This document shows, piece after piece, positions 1 to 9,430 of a DNA stretch of 64,000 nt. The notes beneath the pieces are model-generated. The model made no database searches. It was not told where the DNA came from and was given only the letters and a program-made list of their open reading frames with translations. Made by a program: the position numbers and the translations under genes. The stretch comes from Anaerohalosphaeraceae bacterium. GTDB taxonomy: Bacteria > Planctomycetota > Phycisphaerae > Sedimentisphaerales > Anaerohalosphaeraceae. The stretch covers positions 34,848 through 98,847 of the forward strand of contig DAOSUR010000012.1 of assembly GCA_035378985.1 (NCBI GenBank), in the 5' to 3' direction. The first letter of the stretch is position 1. Each line of letters opens with the position of its first letter.

Positions 1-171
1 TGGAAGAAGTTCGGCAAAGACGTCCATTCCCGCTGGGCCGACCCGCTGTTTCTGGATGCCAAGGCGAGGGATTTCCGCCTGCGGCTGGATTCGCCGGCTC
101 TCGAACTCGGATTTCGGCCGATTGACCCCGACTGCGCCGGCCCGCGCCGGCCCATCCCCGATGCGGATTAA
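1..171 (+). CDS. 3' end of a CDS entering from the left window edge (last 56 aa, function unknown; tail ...ADPLFLDAKARDFRLRLDSPALELGFRPID resembles C-termini of beta-helix/polysaccharide-lyase-like proteins)
   Basis: Frame 1 is open from base 1 to TAA at 169-171. There is no start codon inside the window. Confidence 0.4.
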   Translation, partial: WKKFGKDVHSRWADPLFLDAKARDFRLRLDSPALELGFRPIDPDCAGPRRPIPDAD

Positions 172-237
172 TCCTGCACGCAAAAAACACGCTTTGCCGC
201 CGGCGGCTCCTTCTTCATTTGCCTTTTTCCCATTCCC

Positions 238-266
238 TTGCAGACCGCCGGCCCTTTTGCTATAAT
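238..266 (+). promoter_or_regulatory. sigma70-like promoter TTGCAG-N17-TATAAT upstream of tyrS
   Basis: TTGCAG at 238-243, a 17-nt spacer, TATAAT at 261-266. It lies about 50 nt upstream of the tyrS ATG. Confidence 0.5.
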
Positions 267-318
267 TTTCGGCCTTTAAGATAGTTCTAACCAAACGGAA
301 CAAAAACAAGGAACTCCA

Positions 319-1518
319 ATGGACATTGCCCAGCAGATGCAAATCCTCAAACGCGGAACCGTCGAGGTCTTCCGCGAAGAAGAACTGGCCCAGCGTCTGG
401 CCGAAGCCGCCAAAGCCGGCCGGCCCCTCCGGGCCAAACTCGGCATGGACCCCACCGCCCCCGATATTCATCTGGGCCATACCGTCGTCCTGCGCAAACT
501 CCGACAGTTCCAGGACTTGGGCCACAAGGCGGTCCTGATTATCGGCGACTATACCGCCCGCATCGGCGACCCGACCGGCCAGAACACCACCCGCCCGATG
601 CTCAGCCCCGAAAAAATCCAGGAAAACGCCCGGACCTACTTCGAACAGGCCGGCAAAATCCTCGATATGTCCCCCGACAAAGTCGAGGTGCGGTTCAACA
701 GCGAATGGCTGGCCGACCTGCGGCTGGCCGATATCATCAAACTGACCGCCTCGATGACCGTCGCCCGGATGCTCGAACGGGACACCTTCGAAATCCGCTA
801 CAAAAAAGGCGACCCCATCGGCATCCACGAATTCCTCTATCCGCTGATGCAGGGCTATGACTCCGTGGCCATTCGAAGCGACGTCGAACTGGGCGGCACC
901 GACCAGACCTTCAACAATCTGGTCGGCAGGGACCTTCAGCGTCTGGCGGGCCAGCCCGCCCAGATTGTCATCACCATGCCCATCCTCATCGGGCTGGACG
1001 GCAAGGAAAAAATGAGCAAATCCAAGGGCAATTACATCGGCGTCACCGACAAGCCCTCCGACATGTTCGGCAAGACAATGAGCATCCCCGATCATCTGAT
1101 GGAAAACTACTTTACGCTTCTGACGGACCTGCCCGCCGACCGCATCCGAGAGCTGACCGACCCGTCCAAAACCCACCCGAAAGAAGCCAAGGTCCTGCTG
1201 GGCAAACTCATCGTGCAGCAGTTTTACGGCGAGCAGGCCGCCGAACAGGCCGCCGAGGAATTTGAAAAGGTCTTCGCCCAAAGCCAGCTGCCCGACGAAA
1301 TGCCCGAAGCGGCCGTCAGTGCCGCTCCCATTGCCGCCGCCAAACTCCTGCTCCAGTGCGGACTGGCTGCCACCGGCGGCGAAGCCAAGCGGGCCGTTCT
1401 GCAGGGAGGCGTCCGCATCAACAACGAAAAAATCACCAACCCCAATCAGGAAATCACCCCGCACAGCGGGATGGTTGTTCAGGTCGGCAAACGCAAATTT
1501 GTCCGGCTGAAAGTCTGA
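319..1518 (+). CDS. tyrS: tyrosine--tRNA ligase
   Basis: 399-aa ORF with class I aaRS signatures HLGH (DIHLGHTV) and KMSKS (EKMSKSKGN). It has a C-terminal S4-like domain and an AAGGAAC SD before the ATG. Confidence 0.93.
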   Translation: MDIAQQMQILKRGTVEVFREEELAQRLAEAAKAGRPLRAKLGMDPTAPDIHLGHTVVLRKLRQFQDLGHKAVLIIGDYTARIGDPTGQNTTRPMLSPEKIQENARTYFEQAGKILDMSPDKVEVRFNSEWLADLRLADIIKLTASMTVARMLERDTFEIRYKKGDPIGIHEFLYPLMQGYDSVAIRSDVELGGTDQTFNNLVGRDLQRLAGQPAQIVITMPILIGLDGKEKMSKSKGNYIGVTDKPSDMFGKTMSIPDHLMENYFTLLTDLPADRIRELTDPSKTHPKEAKVLLGKLIVQQFYGEQAAEQAAEEFEKVFAQSQLPDEMPEAAVSAAPIAAAKLLLQCGLAATGGEAKRAVLQGGVRINNEKITNPNQEITPHSGMVVQVGKRKFVRLKV

Positions 1519-1538
1519 ATCATTCAGGAAAACCAATC

Positions 1539-2486
1539 GTGAAAAAAGTCTTCTGCTTTGTTCTGCTTACTGCTGTCCTGCTGTCGGCGGCCGAAGCCGC
1601 CCAGCCCGTTTATCTGTTCTCCTCCTTTCGCGGCAACGGCGAAAGCGGTCTGCATCTGGCCTTCAGCCGCGATGGTCTCGAATGGAAACCGCTCAACGGC
1701 GACCGCCCCCTCCTGCGTCCGCAGGTCGGCTCCAAACTGATGCGCGACCCGTCCATCTGCCGCGGCCCCGACGGCACCTTCCATATGGTCTGGACAACCG
1801 GCTGGTGGGACAAAGGCATCGGGCTGGCCCACTCCAAAGACCTGATTCACTGGACGCCGCAGCGTCGGCTGGGCGTGATGGACCACGAACCCAACGCCCT
1901 GAACTGCTGGGCGCCGGAAATCCTCTACGACCCACAAACCCAACAATTCCTGATCTATTGGTCCACCACCATTCCGGGCCGGTTCCCCGAAACGGATGAA
2001 ACCGGCGACATCTCCCGCGAGGGCTACAAACAGAATCATCGGATTTACTATATCACCACCAAAGATTTCGAAACCTTCTCCCCGACCGCCCTGCTCTATG
2101 ACGGGGGGTTTAATTCCATCGATGCGGTGATTGTACCGGATAACGGACGCTGGCTGATGTTTGTCAAGGACGAAACCAAACGCCCCCAAGCCAAAAAGAA
2201 TCTCCGTCTGGCCGTCAGCGATACTCTCACCGGTCCCTACGGCCCCGCCTCCGAACCCTTCAGCCCCGCCTGGGTCGAGGGCCCAACGGTTCTGAAGCTG
2301 GGCGAATATTGGGTCGTTTATTATGACGAATACACCCGCGGACGATATGGAGCCGTCCGCTCCAAAGACCTGAAAAACTGGGAGATTATTTCGGAGCAGC
2401 TGCGTTTTCCCCGCGGCACCCGCCACGGGACGGCCTTCGAAGCCGATGAACAAATCCTTCAGGGTCTCCTGGCCCTGGAACCCTGA
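1539..2486 (+). CDS. secreted glycoside hydrolase family 43-like five-bladed beta-propeller protein
   Basis: In-frame GTG at 1539 after AGGAAA. Signal peptide KKVFCFVLLTAVLLSAAEA. GH43-type motifs RDPSI, WAPEILYD and WVEGP. The longer ORF-track start at 1356 overlaps tyrS and is rejected. Confidence 0.6.
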   Translation: MKKVFCFVLLTAVLLSAAEAAQPVYLFSSFRGNGESGLHLAFSRDGLEWKPLNGDRPLLRPQVGSKLMRDPSICRGPDGTFHMVWTTGWWDKGIGLAHSKDLIHWTPQRRLGVMDHEPNALNCWAPEILYDPQTQQFLIYWSTTIPGRFPETDETGDISREGYKQNHRIYYITTKDFETFSPTALLYDGGFNSIDAVIVPDNGRWLMFVKDETKRPQAKKNLRLAVSDTLTGPYGPASEPFSPAWVEGPTVLKLGEYWVVYYDEYTRGRYGAVRSKDLKNWEIISEQLRFPRGTRHGTAFEADEQILQGLLALEP

Positions 2487-2944
2487 CGGTTCGTCAGGCG
2501 TCGAAAAAGAACGCTCAGGGCCTGTCGGACTTTGGCCGGAGGACGCACGGCATAAACCGCCAGTGCAAACAAGGCCGCCAGGGCTGAAAGGGTCTCCAGC
2601 AGCGCCGGCGGCACATCCGGATACAACAGCCGCTCAACCCATACCAGCAGAAACGATTCAGGCGGTTCCGCAAACGGCCGGCCGCCGCGGCGCAGCTGAT
2701 ACTCCCATATCGTCAGCGGACAATACCGGCCCAGAATCGCAAGGACCCCTGTAAACAAAATCCCCGCCAGATGAACCGTGCGGAAAAGCCACCGTTCCAG
2801 AAACCGCCGGGCCCGAAGGGGCGGACGCCGGCAGACCATCACCGCAGCCGCCGCATCGATTGTCCGGACAATCCCCCAGACCATAAACAGCACCCAGAGG
2901 AAATGAATCACCATCAGTCCGTCGGCCAGAAGTTGAGAGCTCAT
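2459..2944 (-). CDS. DUF2784-like small integral membrane protein
   Basis: Internal ATG at 2944 (MSSQLLADGLMVIHFLWVLFMVWG...). Four predicted TM helices. The 3' end converges on and overlaps the GH43-like gene by 28 nt. Confidence 0.55.
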   Translation of the reverse strand: MSSQLLADGLMVIHFLWVLFMVWGIVRTIDAAAAVMVCRRPPLRARRFLERWLFRTVHLAGILFTGVLAILGRYCPLTIWEYQLRRGGRPFAEPPESFLLVWVERLLYPDVPPALLETLSALAALFALAVYAVRPPAKVRQALSVLFRRLTNRQGSRARRP

Positions 2945-3035
2945 CCGGATTTCCTTTCGTTCTGAACTTCCGTCTTCGGCCTTTTCTGGGACAACTGAAC
3001 CTTCCGCCGCACACGAGCGTAAAACTTCTGTCAGA

Positions 3036-3063
3036 TTGACCGGACAATTCACTCAGATATAAT
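3036..3063 (+). promoter_or_regulatory. sigma70-like promoter TTGACC-N16-TATAAT
   Basis: TTGACC at 3036-3041 and TATAAT at 3058-3063. An AAGGGAG SD and the ATG at 3106 follow. Confidence 0.5.
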
Positions 3064-3105
3064 AATCCTGAACATTGGTCTTTTATAGAAGAAAGGGAGC
3101 TTTTT

Positions 3106-3849
3106 ATGATGCGGACAGCCAACCCGGCCCTCAACGACCAGGTCTTTGAGGCCATTCCCTATTATGATACCACCGTAAAGACAATGACCCTTCAGGGCAC
3201 CGTGAACCGTACTGCCGTCCTGCTGGGGCTGGTAACGGTCTCGGCCTCGTGGACCTGGTATGTCTTTTCCGCCGGCGGCAATTTCGCTCCTTATCTGCTG
3301 GGCGGCCTTGTCGGCGGTTTCGTTCTGGCCCTGATTACCATCTTCAAAAAGGCCGCCGCTCCCGTAACCGCTCCGCTGTACGCCGTCGCAGAAGGGCTGC
3401 TTTTGGGGGGTGTGTCGGCGGCCTTTGAACAGCAGTTCCCCGGCATCGTCTTTCAGGCCGTCTTTCTGACCTTCGGTACGCTGGCCGCCCTGCTGATTGC
3501 CTACACCTCCCGGCTGATTAAGCCGTCGGAAAACTTCAAACTCGGCATCGTCGCCGCCACAGGCGGAATCTGCCTGTTTTATTTCATCGCACTGATTCTG
3601 GGGTTCTTCGGCCTGAATGTTCCGCTGCTTCACAGCAGCGGGCCGCTCGGGATTGCCTTCAGCGTCTTTATCGTCATCATTGCCGCCCTCAATCTGGTGC
3701 TGGACTTTGATTTTATCGAAAACGGAGCCGCTGCGGGTGCTCCCAAATACATGGAATGGTATGCTGCCTTCGGACTGCTGGTTACGCTCGTTTGGCTCTA
3801 TCTGGAAATCCTCCGGCTGCTGGCCAAACTCCAGCAAAGCCGGCGCTGA
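3106..3849 (+). CDS. Bax inhibitor-1/YccA family membrane protein
   Basis: 247 aa. N-terminus MMRTANPALNDQVF followed by about 7 TM helices, typical of the BI-1/YccA (COG4760-like) family. Confidence 0.75.
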   Translation: MMRTANPALNDQVFEAIPYYDTTVKTMTLQGTVNRTAVLLGLVTVSASWTWYVFSAGGNFAPYLLGGLVGGFVLALITIFKKAAAPVTAPLYAVAEGLLLGGVSAAFEQQFPGIVFQAVFLTFGTLAALLIAYTSRLIKPSENFKLGIVAATGGICLFYFIALILGFFGLNVPLLHSSGPLGIAFSVFIVIIAALNLVLDFDFIENGAAAGAPKYMEWYAAFGLLVTLVWLYLEILRLLAKLQQSRR

Positions 3850-3858
3850 TTTTCTCCG

Positions 3859-4797
3859 CTATCGCGGCCACAGATGCCATAAATAGGCCCCGTATAAAAC
3901 CAGAAAAAAGAGCCCTTCCTTGCGGCTCAAAACGAAACCGCTCCGCAGGAGAGGAAGCAGCAGAAGGGCTGTTCCGAGCATCATTGCCAAATCCCAACCA
4001 GTCAGTTCCGGCGAGGAATAGGGACGCACCAGCGACGAGAGTCCCAATATCCCCAAAATATTGAAAATATTCGAGCCCACAATATTGCCGATGGAAATAT
4101 CCGCTTGTTTGCGAACCGCCGCCACGACCGACGTGGCCAGTTCCGGCAGACTCGTCCCGGCGCTGACAATCGTCAATCCGATGACGGCCTCCGAAACCCC
4201 GCAGCTCCGAGCCAGCTGAAGAGCTCCGGCAATCAGCAGCTTGGACCCCAGCACCAGCAGCACCAGCCCCAGAACCGCCAGTCCCGCCGGAACCCAAAGC
4301 CCTGAGGAGGCACCGCCCTGTTTGGGCACCTCCGCCAACCCCAACAAATCCGGTTCCCGTTTGGCCTGACGGAACGTCCAAATCGTATAAGCTGTGATCC
4401 CTGCAACGAGCAGCAGCCCTTCCGGCCGGGACAGGTGCCGGTTCACAAGCAGCACAATACAAAGAACCGATACGGCAATCATCACCGGCACATCCCAGCG
4501 GATCAGCTGCTTGGTGACGCGAATCGGACGGATGGCCGCCGCAAGCCCCAAAATGAACGCAATATTAAAGATATTGGAGCCGACCACATTGGTCACGGCA
4601 ATGTCCCCCAATCCCTTCAGGGCGGCATGGGTGCTCACCGTCAGCTCCGGTGCGCTGGTTCCAAACGCCACAACTGTCAGTCCAATCGCCAGCGGTGTCA
4701 CGCCCAAACGAACCGCCGCCGCGGCCGCTCCCTTCACCAGCCACTCCGCTCCAAAATACAGCAGCATAAGCCCTGCCGCTATCAGAAGAAAAGTCAT
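3859..4797 (-). CDS. calcium/sodium antiporter (CaCA family, YrbG-like)
   Basis: 312 aa, about 10 TM helices. Two alpha-repeat motifs: GSNIFNIAFILG and GSNIFNILGILG. Confidence 0.88.
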   Translation of the reverse strand: MTFLLIAAGLMLLYFGAEWLVKGAAAAAVRLGVTPLAIGLTVVAFGTSAPELTVSTHAALKGLGDIAVTNVVGSNIFNIAFILGLAAAIRPIRVTKQLIRWDVPVMIAVSVLCIVLLVNRHLSRPEGLLLVAGITAYTIWTFRQAKREPDLLGLAEVPKQGGASSGLWVPAGLAVLGLVLLVLGSKLLIAGALQLARSCGVSEAVIGLTIVSAGTSLPELATSVVAAVRKQADISIGNIVGSNIFNILGILGLSSLVRPYSSPELTGWDLAMMLGTALLLLPLLRSGFVLSRKEGLFFLVLYGAYLWHLWPR

Positions 4798-5474
4798 GAC
4801 AAACTCCTTTCCGGAGCCCGCTGCGAGTTGGATATCCCAACAGAATCGGAAGACTCCATAGAGGCATGCAAAACCATTTTCTGGGGTCCGAGAATCCCGC
4901 CGGACATGATAATCTGGATCCCTTCCTCCACCGTCAGATTCGACGTGGTCAGCTGCCTCGCCTCAACAATTTCGAGAAATCCGCTCGTGGGATTCGGCGT
5001 TGTCGGAATGAAGACTTTATAGTACAGTTTCCCCTGTTCATCGTTCACTGTGCCGGTGATGAACCCGACAGCCTTCATTCCAGGCCGCGGGAACTCCACC
5101 AGAACCACTTCCCGATACCCCTTTTTTTCCGGATTGGAGAACATCAGCACAACCTCTCGAGAAGCGCTGTAGATGCTTCGCAGCAGCGGGATTTTCAGCA
5201 GAATCGACTCAAATCGGGTCCAAAACCATCGCCCCAGAAAATGCCCCGTCAGCAGCCCGAGAAAATACAGAAAAAGCAGAACCGCCGCAAAAGTAATCCC
5301 GTACTTCAGCCAAATCGGCGTATCCGGAAAAAAATGAACCAGAACGGGAGCAAACAGATTCCGTATAATCCGTATCAAAAACTGAAAAACCAACAGCGTA
5401 ATCAGCAGCGGCAGAACCGTCAGCAGACCCGTCAAAATACACCTTCGAACATGAAATTGAAAGAAACCTTTCAT
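4794..5474 (-). CDS. DUF502 domain membrane protein
   Basis: ATG at 5474 preceded by an AAGGA SD. Conserved DUF502 core ...VLVEFPRPGMKAVGFITG...VFIPTTPNPTSGFL. The stop overlaps the antiporter start by 4 nt. Confidence 0.8.
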   Translation of the reverse strand: MKGFFQFHVRRCILTGLLTVLPLLITLLVFQFLIRIIRNLFAPVLVHFFPDTPIWLKYGITFAAVLLFLYFLGLLTGHFLGRWFWTRFESILLKIPLLRSIYSASREVVLMFSNPEKKGYREVVLVEFPRPGMKAVGFITGTVNDEQGKLYYKVFIPTTPNPTSGFLEIVEARQLTTSNLTVEEGIQIIMSGGILGPQKMVLHASMESSDSVGISNSQRAPERSLS

Positions 5475-5534
5475 TCGCTTATCCTTCCGACCTAAATGCT
5501 GCGACAACGTGCAATTTACAGCCTTTCCGGCCCA

Positions 5535-5996
5535 TTATAGACTGCCGGGATAAACGTGCAAAGAAATCGGCTTCTTGGGATACAGTTTCAGCCGGCAGCA
5601 CAGTTTCTGGAACAGGGTAAGCCCCCGTTTCCATTCTGCAATTGCATCATATAAGGCCGCAATATACGGATGATGGGCCGGTTTTAAATCAGCCAGAATC
5701 TCCAGGGCCTCCTGATTATATCCTTTCATCAGCAGCGCCGTGGCATAATTGGCCGCAAAAAGCGGCGGGGTATCCGACGGAATACAGATTTGCCCCCGAA
5801 AAGCCAGGTCGCGTAAAATCTGGATCGCCGAGTCCGCCTGGCCCAGACGCATCAGACAGACTCCCCGTGCATTTTGAATCAGATGATTGTTCGAATCCAG
5901 CCGGTCCAGATAATCCAGCGCCTGTTCCGGCTTTCCGGCTTCAAGCATCTTTCGAACCTGTTCAATTTGATAAGAAATCGATGTTTTGTTATTCAT
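5535..5996 (-). CDS. TPR-like repeat protein
   Basis: 153-aa helical-repeat ORF (QALDYLDRL..., GQADSAIQILRDL..., YNQEALEILADL) in a visibly more AT-rich stretch. Confidence 0.55.
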   Translation of the reverse strand: MNNKTSISYQIEQVRKMLEAGKPEQALDYLDRLDSNNHLIQNARGVCLMRLGQADSAIQILRDLAFRGQICIPSDTPPLFAANYATALLMKGYNQEALEILADLKPAHHPYIAALYDAIAEWKRGLTLFQKLCCRLKLYPKKPISLHVYPGSL

Positions 5997-6100
5997 AAAC
6001 GGACCCTCTGCAAAAAGGAAAGAAAAACAGCTTTAAAAAAGACAGGGGCCGGAAAGCAAACAAAAAATCGCCTTCCGGAAAAAGAGAGGATGAAAGCAGA

Positions 6101-6481
6101 TTAGATAGTGAGTTGGCAGCCGAGGGTCTGCAGGGTGTGAGGGAAATTCGGGAAAATCCATTCCCGGAAAACTGTTTCAGAACAGCCCAAAAACTCACGG
6201 CCTTCCCAGACGGATACCGTCTTGAATAGAGCCCCGGAGAACAACGTAGTCCTCGGATACCTTTGTTCCGAGACAACAGCCGTCGTGGGTCTTGCCGGCG
6301 CAGATAAATAGCACGTTTCAAACCCCGCCGTCTTTTTTTCCCTGAGCGGTTCAAAACAAAACATGACCGCCTGAAGCAGAATCAGGACAAGAAAAGCCGT
6401 CTTTCTGCCGTCCCAAACCACCATTTCTCCGCTCATTCCGTTATTCACAATCACTGGACCCATTTTTTTTGATCGTAACAC
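6101..6481 (-). CDS. hypothetical small membrane-anchored protein (weak call)
   Basis: 126-aa ORF with one hydrophobic segment (TAFLVLILLQAVMFCF). No convincing SD and no recognisable motifs. Confidence 0.25.
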   Translation of the reverse strand: MLRSKKMGPVIVNNGMSGEMVVWDGRKTAFLVLILLQAVMFCFEPLREKKTAGFETCYLSAPARPTTAVVSEQRYPRTTLFSGALFKTVSVWEGREFLGCSETVFREWIFPNFPHTLQTLGCQLTI

Positions 6482-6547
6482 CTTTCTGGATAAAGTAAAG
6501 ACATTCCTTTTTTACGACAAGCAAGGGATATCTGTTCCCTTGAATCC

Positions 6548-7840
6548 TCACTGCAGAACAACTCCCCATTCGACCACCGTGAAACCTTCACGAGAGAACG
6601 CAGGAATCTGGGGAGGAATCAGACAAGTCTGATTTCCGGAAAGGCCTCGGATTGCATAAATCAGACGAATCACATTGTCCGGCGGCGGAAAAACCCTTAG
6701 CTGCACCATTTTATCCAGCTGTTCTTTATACTGCGGGTAAATTGCATAAAAAGGAGCCCCTGTCAGCCGAGGAATCCAGTATTCGACAAAATCGTCGATT
6801 TCTTCCTGAATAAATCCGGTCTGGGCAAGATTGGCTCGAAAAAAGTTCTCCAAATCCTCTTGAGCGACCACCCAGCCCGACTCATACTGACCGTAATCCG
6901 GCTGAACACTCTCATAGAACAAATACCGAAAAACACCGTCGAGCAATCCATTCGGCTCTGCGGTAATGTTCCACCCCTCTGTATATTCCGGAATTGAAAC
7001 GGTCACGCCTCCGCCGGCTGGAAAAGCAAGTCGAACCTCCAGCTGCATCGCCTCCGGGGGATACAAATAAATGTTCGGTTTGAGCATAATGTTCATCGCC
7101 GGATACAAAAAGTCGCGATATGTCCCCAAAACGGCGGCCTCTTCGATATGCTGCTCTGAATCCTCAGAAAAGACAAACAAATAGATGCCCGGCTCTATTT
7201 GGATGGAAAAGCGGCCTTGAGAATCGGTCCGAAACGAAGCAATCATCCCCATCGAATTCGGGTCTATTACCGCCACGTCCGTATCGGCCAGATACGCATC
7301 TGCAAAATACGGCTGTGTTAAAAAAATCGTCCCATTGAACCGGTTCGGGTCTATCGGATCCAAATCTACAGTCACGTCAGCTCTATACTTTTTGGGAGTC
7401 CCCGGAGGAATAGGAATCTCCTTGGCCAAAAATGTAAAAACCTCCGTAAAATCACCCGGATGAACGGCATAGGCGTAATACCGGCCGTCATAACCGGGTT
7501 TATAGAGGGGATCGGTAAACTGAATCGTCCAGGTCCCCTCCCCCTCCAGCCATTTGGTAGTGCAGTAGTACCCCCAGCCGTTGGAATAAATATCCAGCCG
7601 AATGGCATGCCAAAGCCAATTTTCCGCCCACACCAGCAAATCATTAACATCAATAACCTCATTCTTCGGCTGAGCAAGGTCGCACAAACTGTTATACGCA
7701 GGATGTCCGGTCTGCGTCTGCCAGCACCGGGCAAAAAGAACAAAATCCTGCAAATCTACGATGTAGTCAGAATTCAAGTCTGCAGGATTGGCCATAGAAA
7801 AGGAAACCAAAAGGGCAAAACAACAGGCAGGTACTTTCAT
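6548..7840 (-). CDS. secreted protein with N-terminal dockerin-like calcium-binding repeats and a carboxypeptidase-regulatory-like beta-sandwich
   Basis: ATG at 7840 with an AAGGAGAA SD and signal peptide MKVPACCFALLVSFSMA. Dockerin-like modules DLNSDYIVDLQDFVLFARCW and IDVNDLLVWAENWLW. Later segment ...FRTDSQGRFSIQIEPGIYLFVF. Confidence 0.7.
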   Translation of the reverse strand: MKVPACCFALLVSFSMANPADLNSDYIVDLQDFVLFARCWQTQTGHPAYNSLCDLAQPKNEVIDVNDLLVWAENWLWHAIRLDIYSNGWGYYCTTKWLEGEGTWTIQFTDPLYKPGYDGRYYAYAVHPGDFTEVFTFLAKEIPIPPGTPKKYRADVTVDLDPIDPNRFNGTIFLTQPYFADAYLADTDVAVIDPNSMGMIASFRTDSQGRFSIQIEPGIYLFVFSEDSEQHIEEAAVLGTYRDFLYPAMNIMLKPNIYLYPPEAMQLEVRLAFPAGGGVTVSIPEYTEGWNITAEPNGLLDGVFRYLFYESVQPDYGQYESGWVVAQEDLENFFRANLAQTGFIQEEIDDFVEYWIPRLTGAPFYAIYPQYKEQLDKMVQLRVFPPPDNVIRLIYAIRGLSGNQTCLIPPQIPAFSREGFTVVEWGVVLQ

Positions 7841-7878
7841 CAGAGTTCTCCTTAAAATCCTCCGCAAAAGCACCTGCT

Positions 7879-7907
7879 ATTATAACCAGCTTAGAGAAAA
7901 AAGACAA
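7879..7907 (-). promoter_or_regulatory. sigma70-like promoter TTGTCT-N17-TATAAT for the 6548..7840 gene
   Basis: On the minus strand the -35 is at 7907..7902 and the -10 at 7884..7879. The AAGGAGAA SD and ATG follow. Confidence 0.5.
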
Positions 7908-7957
7908 AAAATCTTTCTCTTTCTCACCGCCCCCTTGCGCAAACAATCCTGCCGAAT

Positions 7958-9097
7958 TCAGGACAGGCGGGATTTAAAATCCTCGTAAGTAAACCGCCGC
8001 TGAAGGATGCAGCGGTCCTGCTGCGGGTCGTAAAGGACAATGTCCGGCAGGTTGATGCCGTTAAACATCGTATTCTTCACCATCGTATAGTGAGCCATAT
8101 CGTGAAAAATCAGTCGGTCGCCAACCCGGAGCGGTTTGTCAAACGAATAATCGCCGATGACATCGCCTGCCAGGCAAGTCGGCCCGGCCAGCCGATAGGT
8201 ATAGGTCTTTTCTCCCGGCAGACCCGCTCCGGTAATGACCGGCCGATACGGCATCTCCAGCACATCCGGCATATGGGCCGACGCCGACGTGTCCAAAATC
8301 GCAATATCCATCTGGTTGTGCACAATATCCAGCACACTTGCAATCAGAAAACCGGTATGCAGGGCGATGGCCTCCCCCGGCTCCAGATAAATCGCCTCCA
8401 GATTCGGATACCGCTGCCAAAAATCCCGAATGGTTCGGCACAAAAGGTCCACATCATAATCCGGCCGTGTGATGTGGTGTCCCCCGCCGAAATTCATCCA
8501 TTTCATTCGCCGGATAACCGTGCCGAAATGCTTTTCAACAGCCGCCAGTGTCCGAACCAGCGAATCGGCATTCAATTCACAGAGTGTATGAAAATGCAGA
8601 CCGCTGATGCCGTCCAGCTCCTCCGAGCGAAACTGCTCCGGCGGAATCCCCAGCCGGGAGCCGGGCGCACACGGGTCATAAATGAGGGTCTTCACCTCTG
8701 AATGCATCGGGTTGACGCGGAGGCCGCAGGCAATCGGACGGGGGGCTTGCTGAACACTATTCCGAAAACGATTCCACTGGGTGTGGGAATTAAAAACAAT
8801 ATGGTCAACGATTCGCAGGTATTCGGGCATCTCATCATCCCGATAGGCCGGAGCGCACAGATGCACTTCCTTGCGGAAATACTCCGCCGCCAGTTTGGCC
8901 TCGTGCAGGGAGCTGGCCGCCGCCCCGGACAGATACTGCCGACACAAGTCAAACGTGCTCCAGGCGGCAAATCCCTTTAAGGCCAGCAGAATCCGACACC
9001 CGGTTTCCTGCTGCACCTGTCCGAGCAGAAGCAGATTGTTTTTCAGCCGCCCCAAATCAATCACATAACAGGGTGTTTGTACCCGTGCCGGGTCCAT
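7958..9097 (-). CDS. nspC: carboxynorspermidine/carboxyspermidine decarboxylase
   Basis: 379 aa. N-terminus ...TPCYVIDLGRLKNNL...ILLALKGFA and overall layout are typical of NspC (PLP fold-III decarboxylase relatives). Confidence 0.85.
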   Translation of the reverse strand: MDPARVQTPCYVIDLGRLKNNLLLLGQVQQETGCRILLALKGFAAWSTFDLCRQYLSGAAASSLHEAKLAAEYFRKEVHLCAPAYRDDEMPEYLRIVDHIVFNSHTQWNRFRNSVQQAPRPIACGLRVNPMHSEVKTLIYDPCAPGSRLGIPPEQFRSEELDGISGLHFHTLCELNADSLVRTLAAVEKHFGTVIRRMKWMNFGGGHHITRPDYDVDLLCRTIRDFWQRYPNLEAIYLEPGEAIALHTGFLIASVLDIVHNQMDIAILDTSASAHMPDVLEMPYRPVITGAGLPGEKTYTYRLAGPTCLAGDVIGDYSFDKPLRVGDRLIFHDMAHYTMVKNTMFNGINLPDIVLYDPQQDRCILQRRFTYEDFKSRLS

Positions 9098-9111
9098 TTC
9101 ATCGGCCTTTC

Positions 9112-9155
9112 CGAAAAAAGAAGCCGCAGAACAGAGGGTCTCCCTTTTCTGCGGC
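9112..9155 (-). terminator. intrinsic terminator-like hairpin between the bTHX gene and nspC
   Basis: 9-bp stem GCCGCAGAA/TTCTGCGGC (9123-9131 and 9147-9155). On the minus strand it is followed by CTTCTTTTTT, and that U-tract runs directly into the nspC SD (GGAAAGG). Confidence 0.5.
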
Positions 9156-9181
9156 GGTGTTTTGACTGCTGCCGGAGGGCA

Positions 9182-9334
9182 CTATTTGCTTTCAGAGCCG
9201 GTTCCCTGCTCCGCCGGCTGCGGCATCGGCGGGAAAATCCGATCTTTCTTTTCCTGGCCGGCCGGACGACGCATCTTGCCGTACGTCCCTCTCCACAGTT
9301 TGCCGCGTTTGGTTCTCTTATCCCCTTTTCCCAT
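9182..9334 (-). CDS. 30S ribosomal protein bTHX (50 aa, with C-terminal extension)
   Basis: Absent from the ORF track because it is under 60 aa. Translation: [50 protein letters not shown]. The first ~24 aa closely match Thermus Thx ([25 protein letters not shown]). An AAGGAAG SD lies 5 nt upstream of the ATG. Confidence 0.8.
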   Translation of the reverse strand: MGKGDKRTKRGKLWRGTYGKMRRPAGQEKKDRIFPPMPQPAEQGTGSESK

Positions 9335-9430
9335 GAAAACTTCCTTTCTATTCCTGATTGTCCTGTCTGAAAGTCATCATAAATAAAGGGCCGTTATTGT
9401 ATCCAAAACCCATCCGCTCTGCAAGACGGC

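Noticed and set aside
1356-1538. N-terminal extensions suggested by the ORF track: 1356 for the GH43-like gene, 20164 for DUF4954, 26097 for hemW, 33306 for MATE, 36360 for the Spy/Trx protein, 3052 for DUF2784, and 45386 for the RNase HII-like gene.
   Set aside because: The extensions overlap the preceding gene or have junk composition. Internal starts with SD sequences give family-typical N-termini or signal peptides.
5989-6354. 121-aa minus-strand ORF overlapping the start of the TPR gene and the 6101..6481 ORF.
   Set aside because: It is highly basic (KKRRRGLKR...), with low complexity and no SD. It overlaps two other frames and is judged non-coding.
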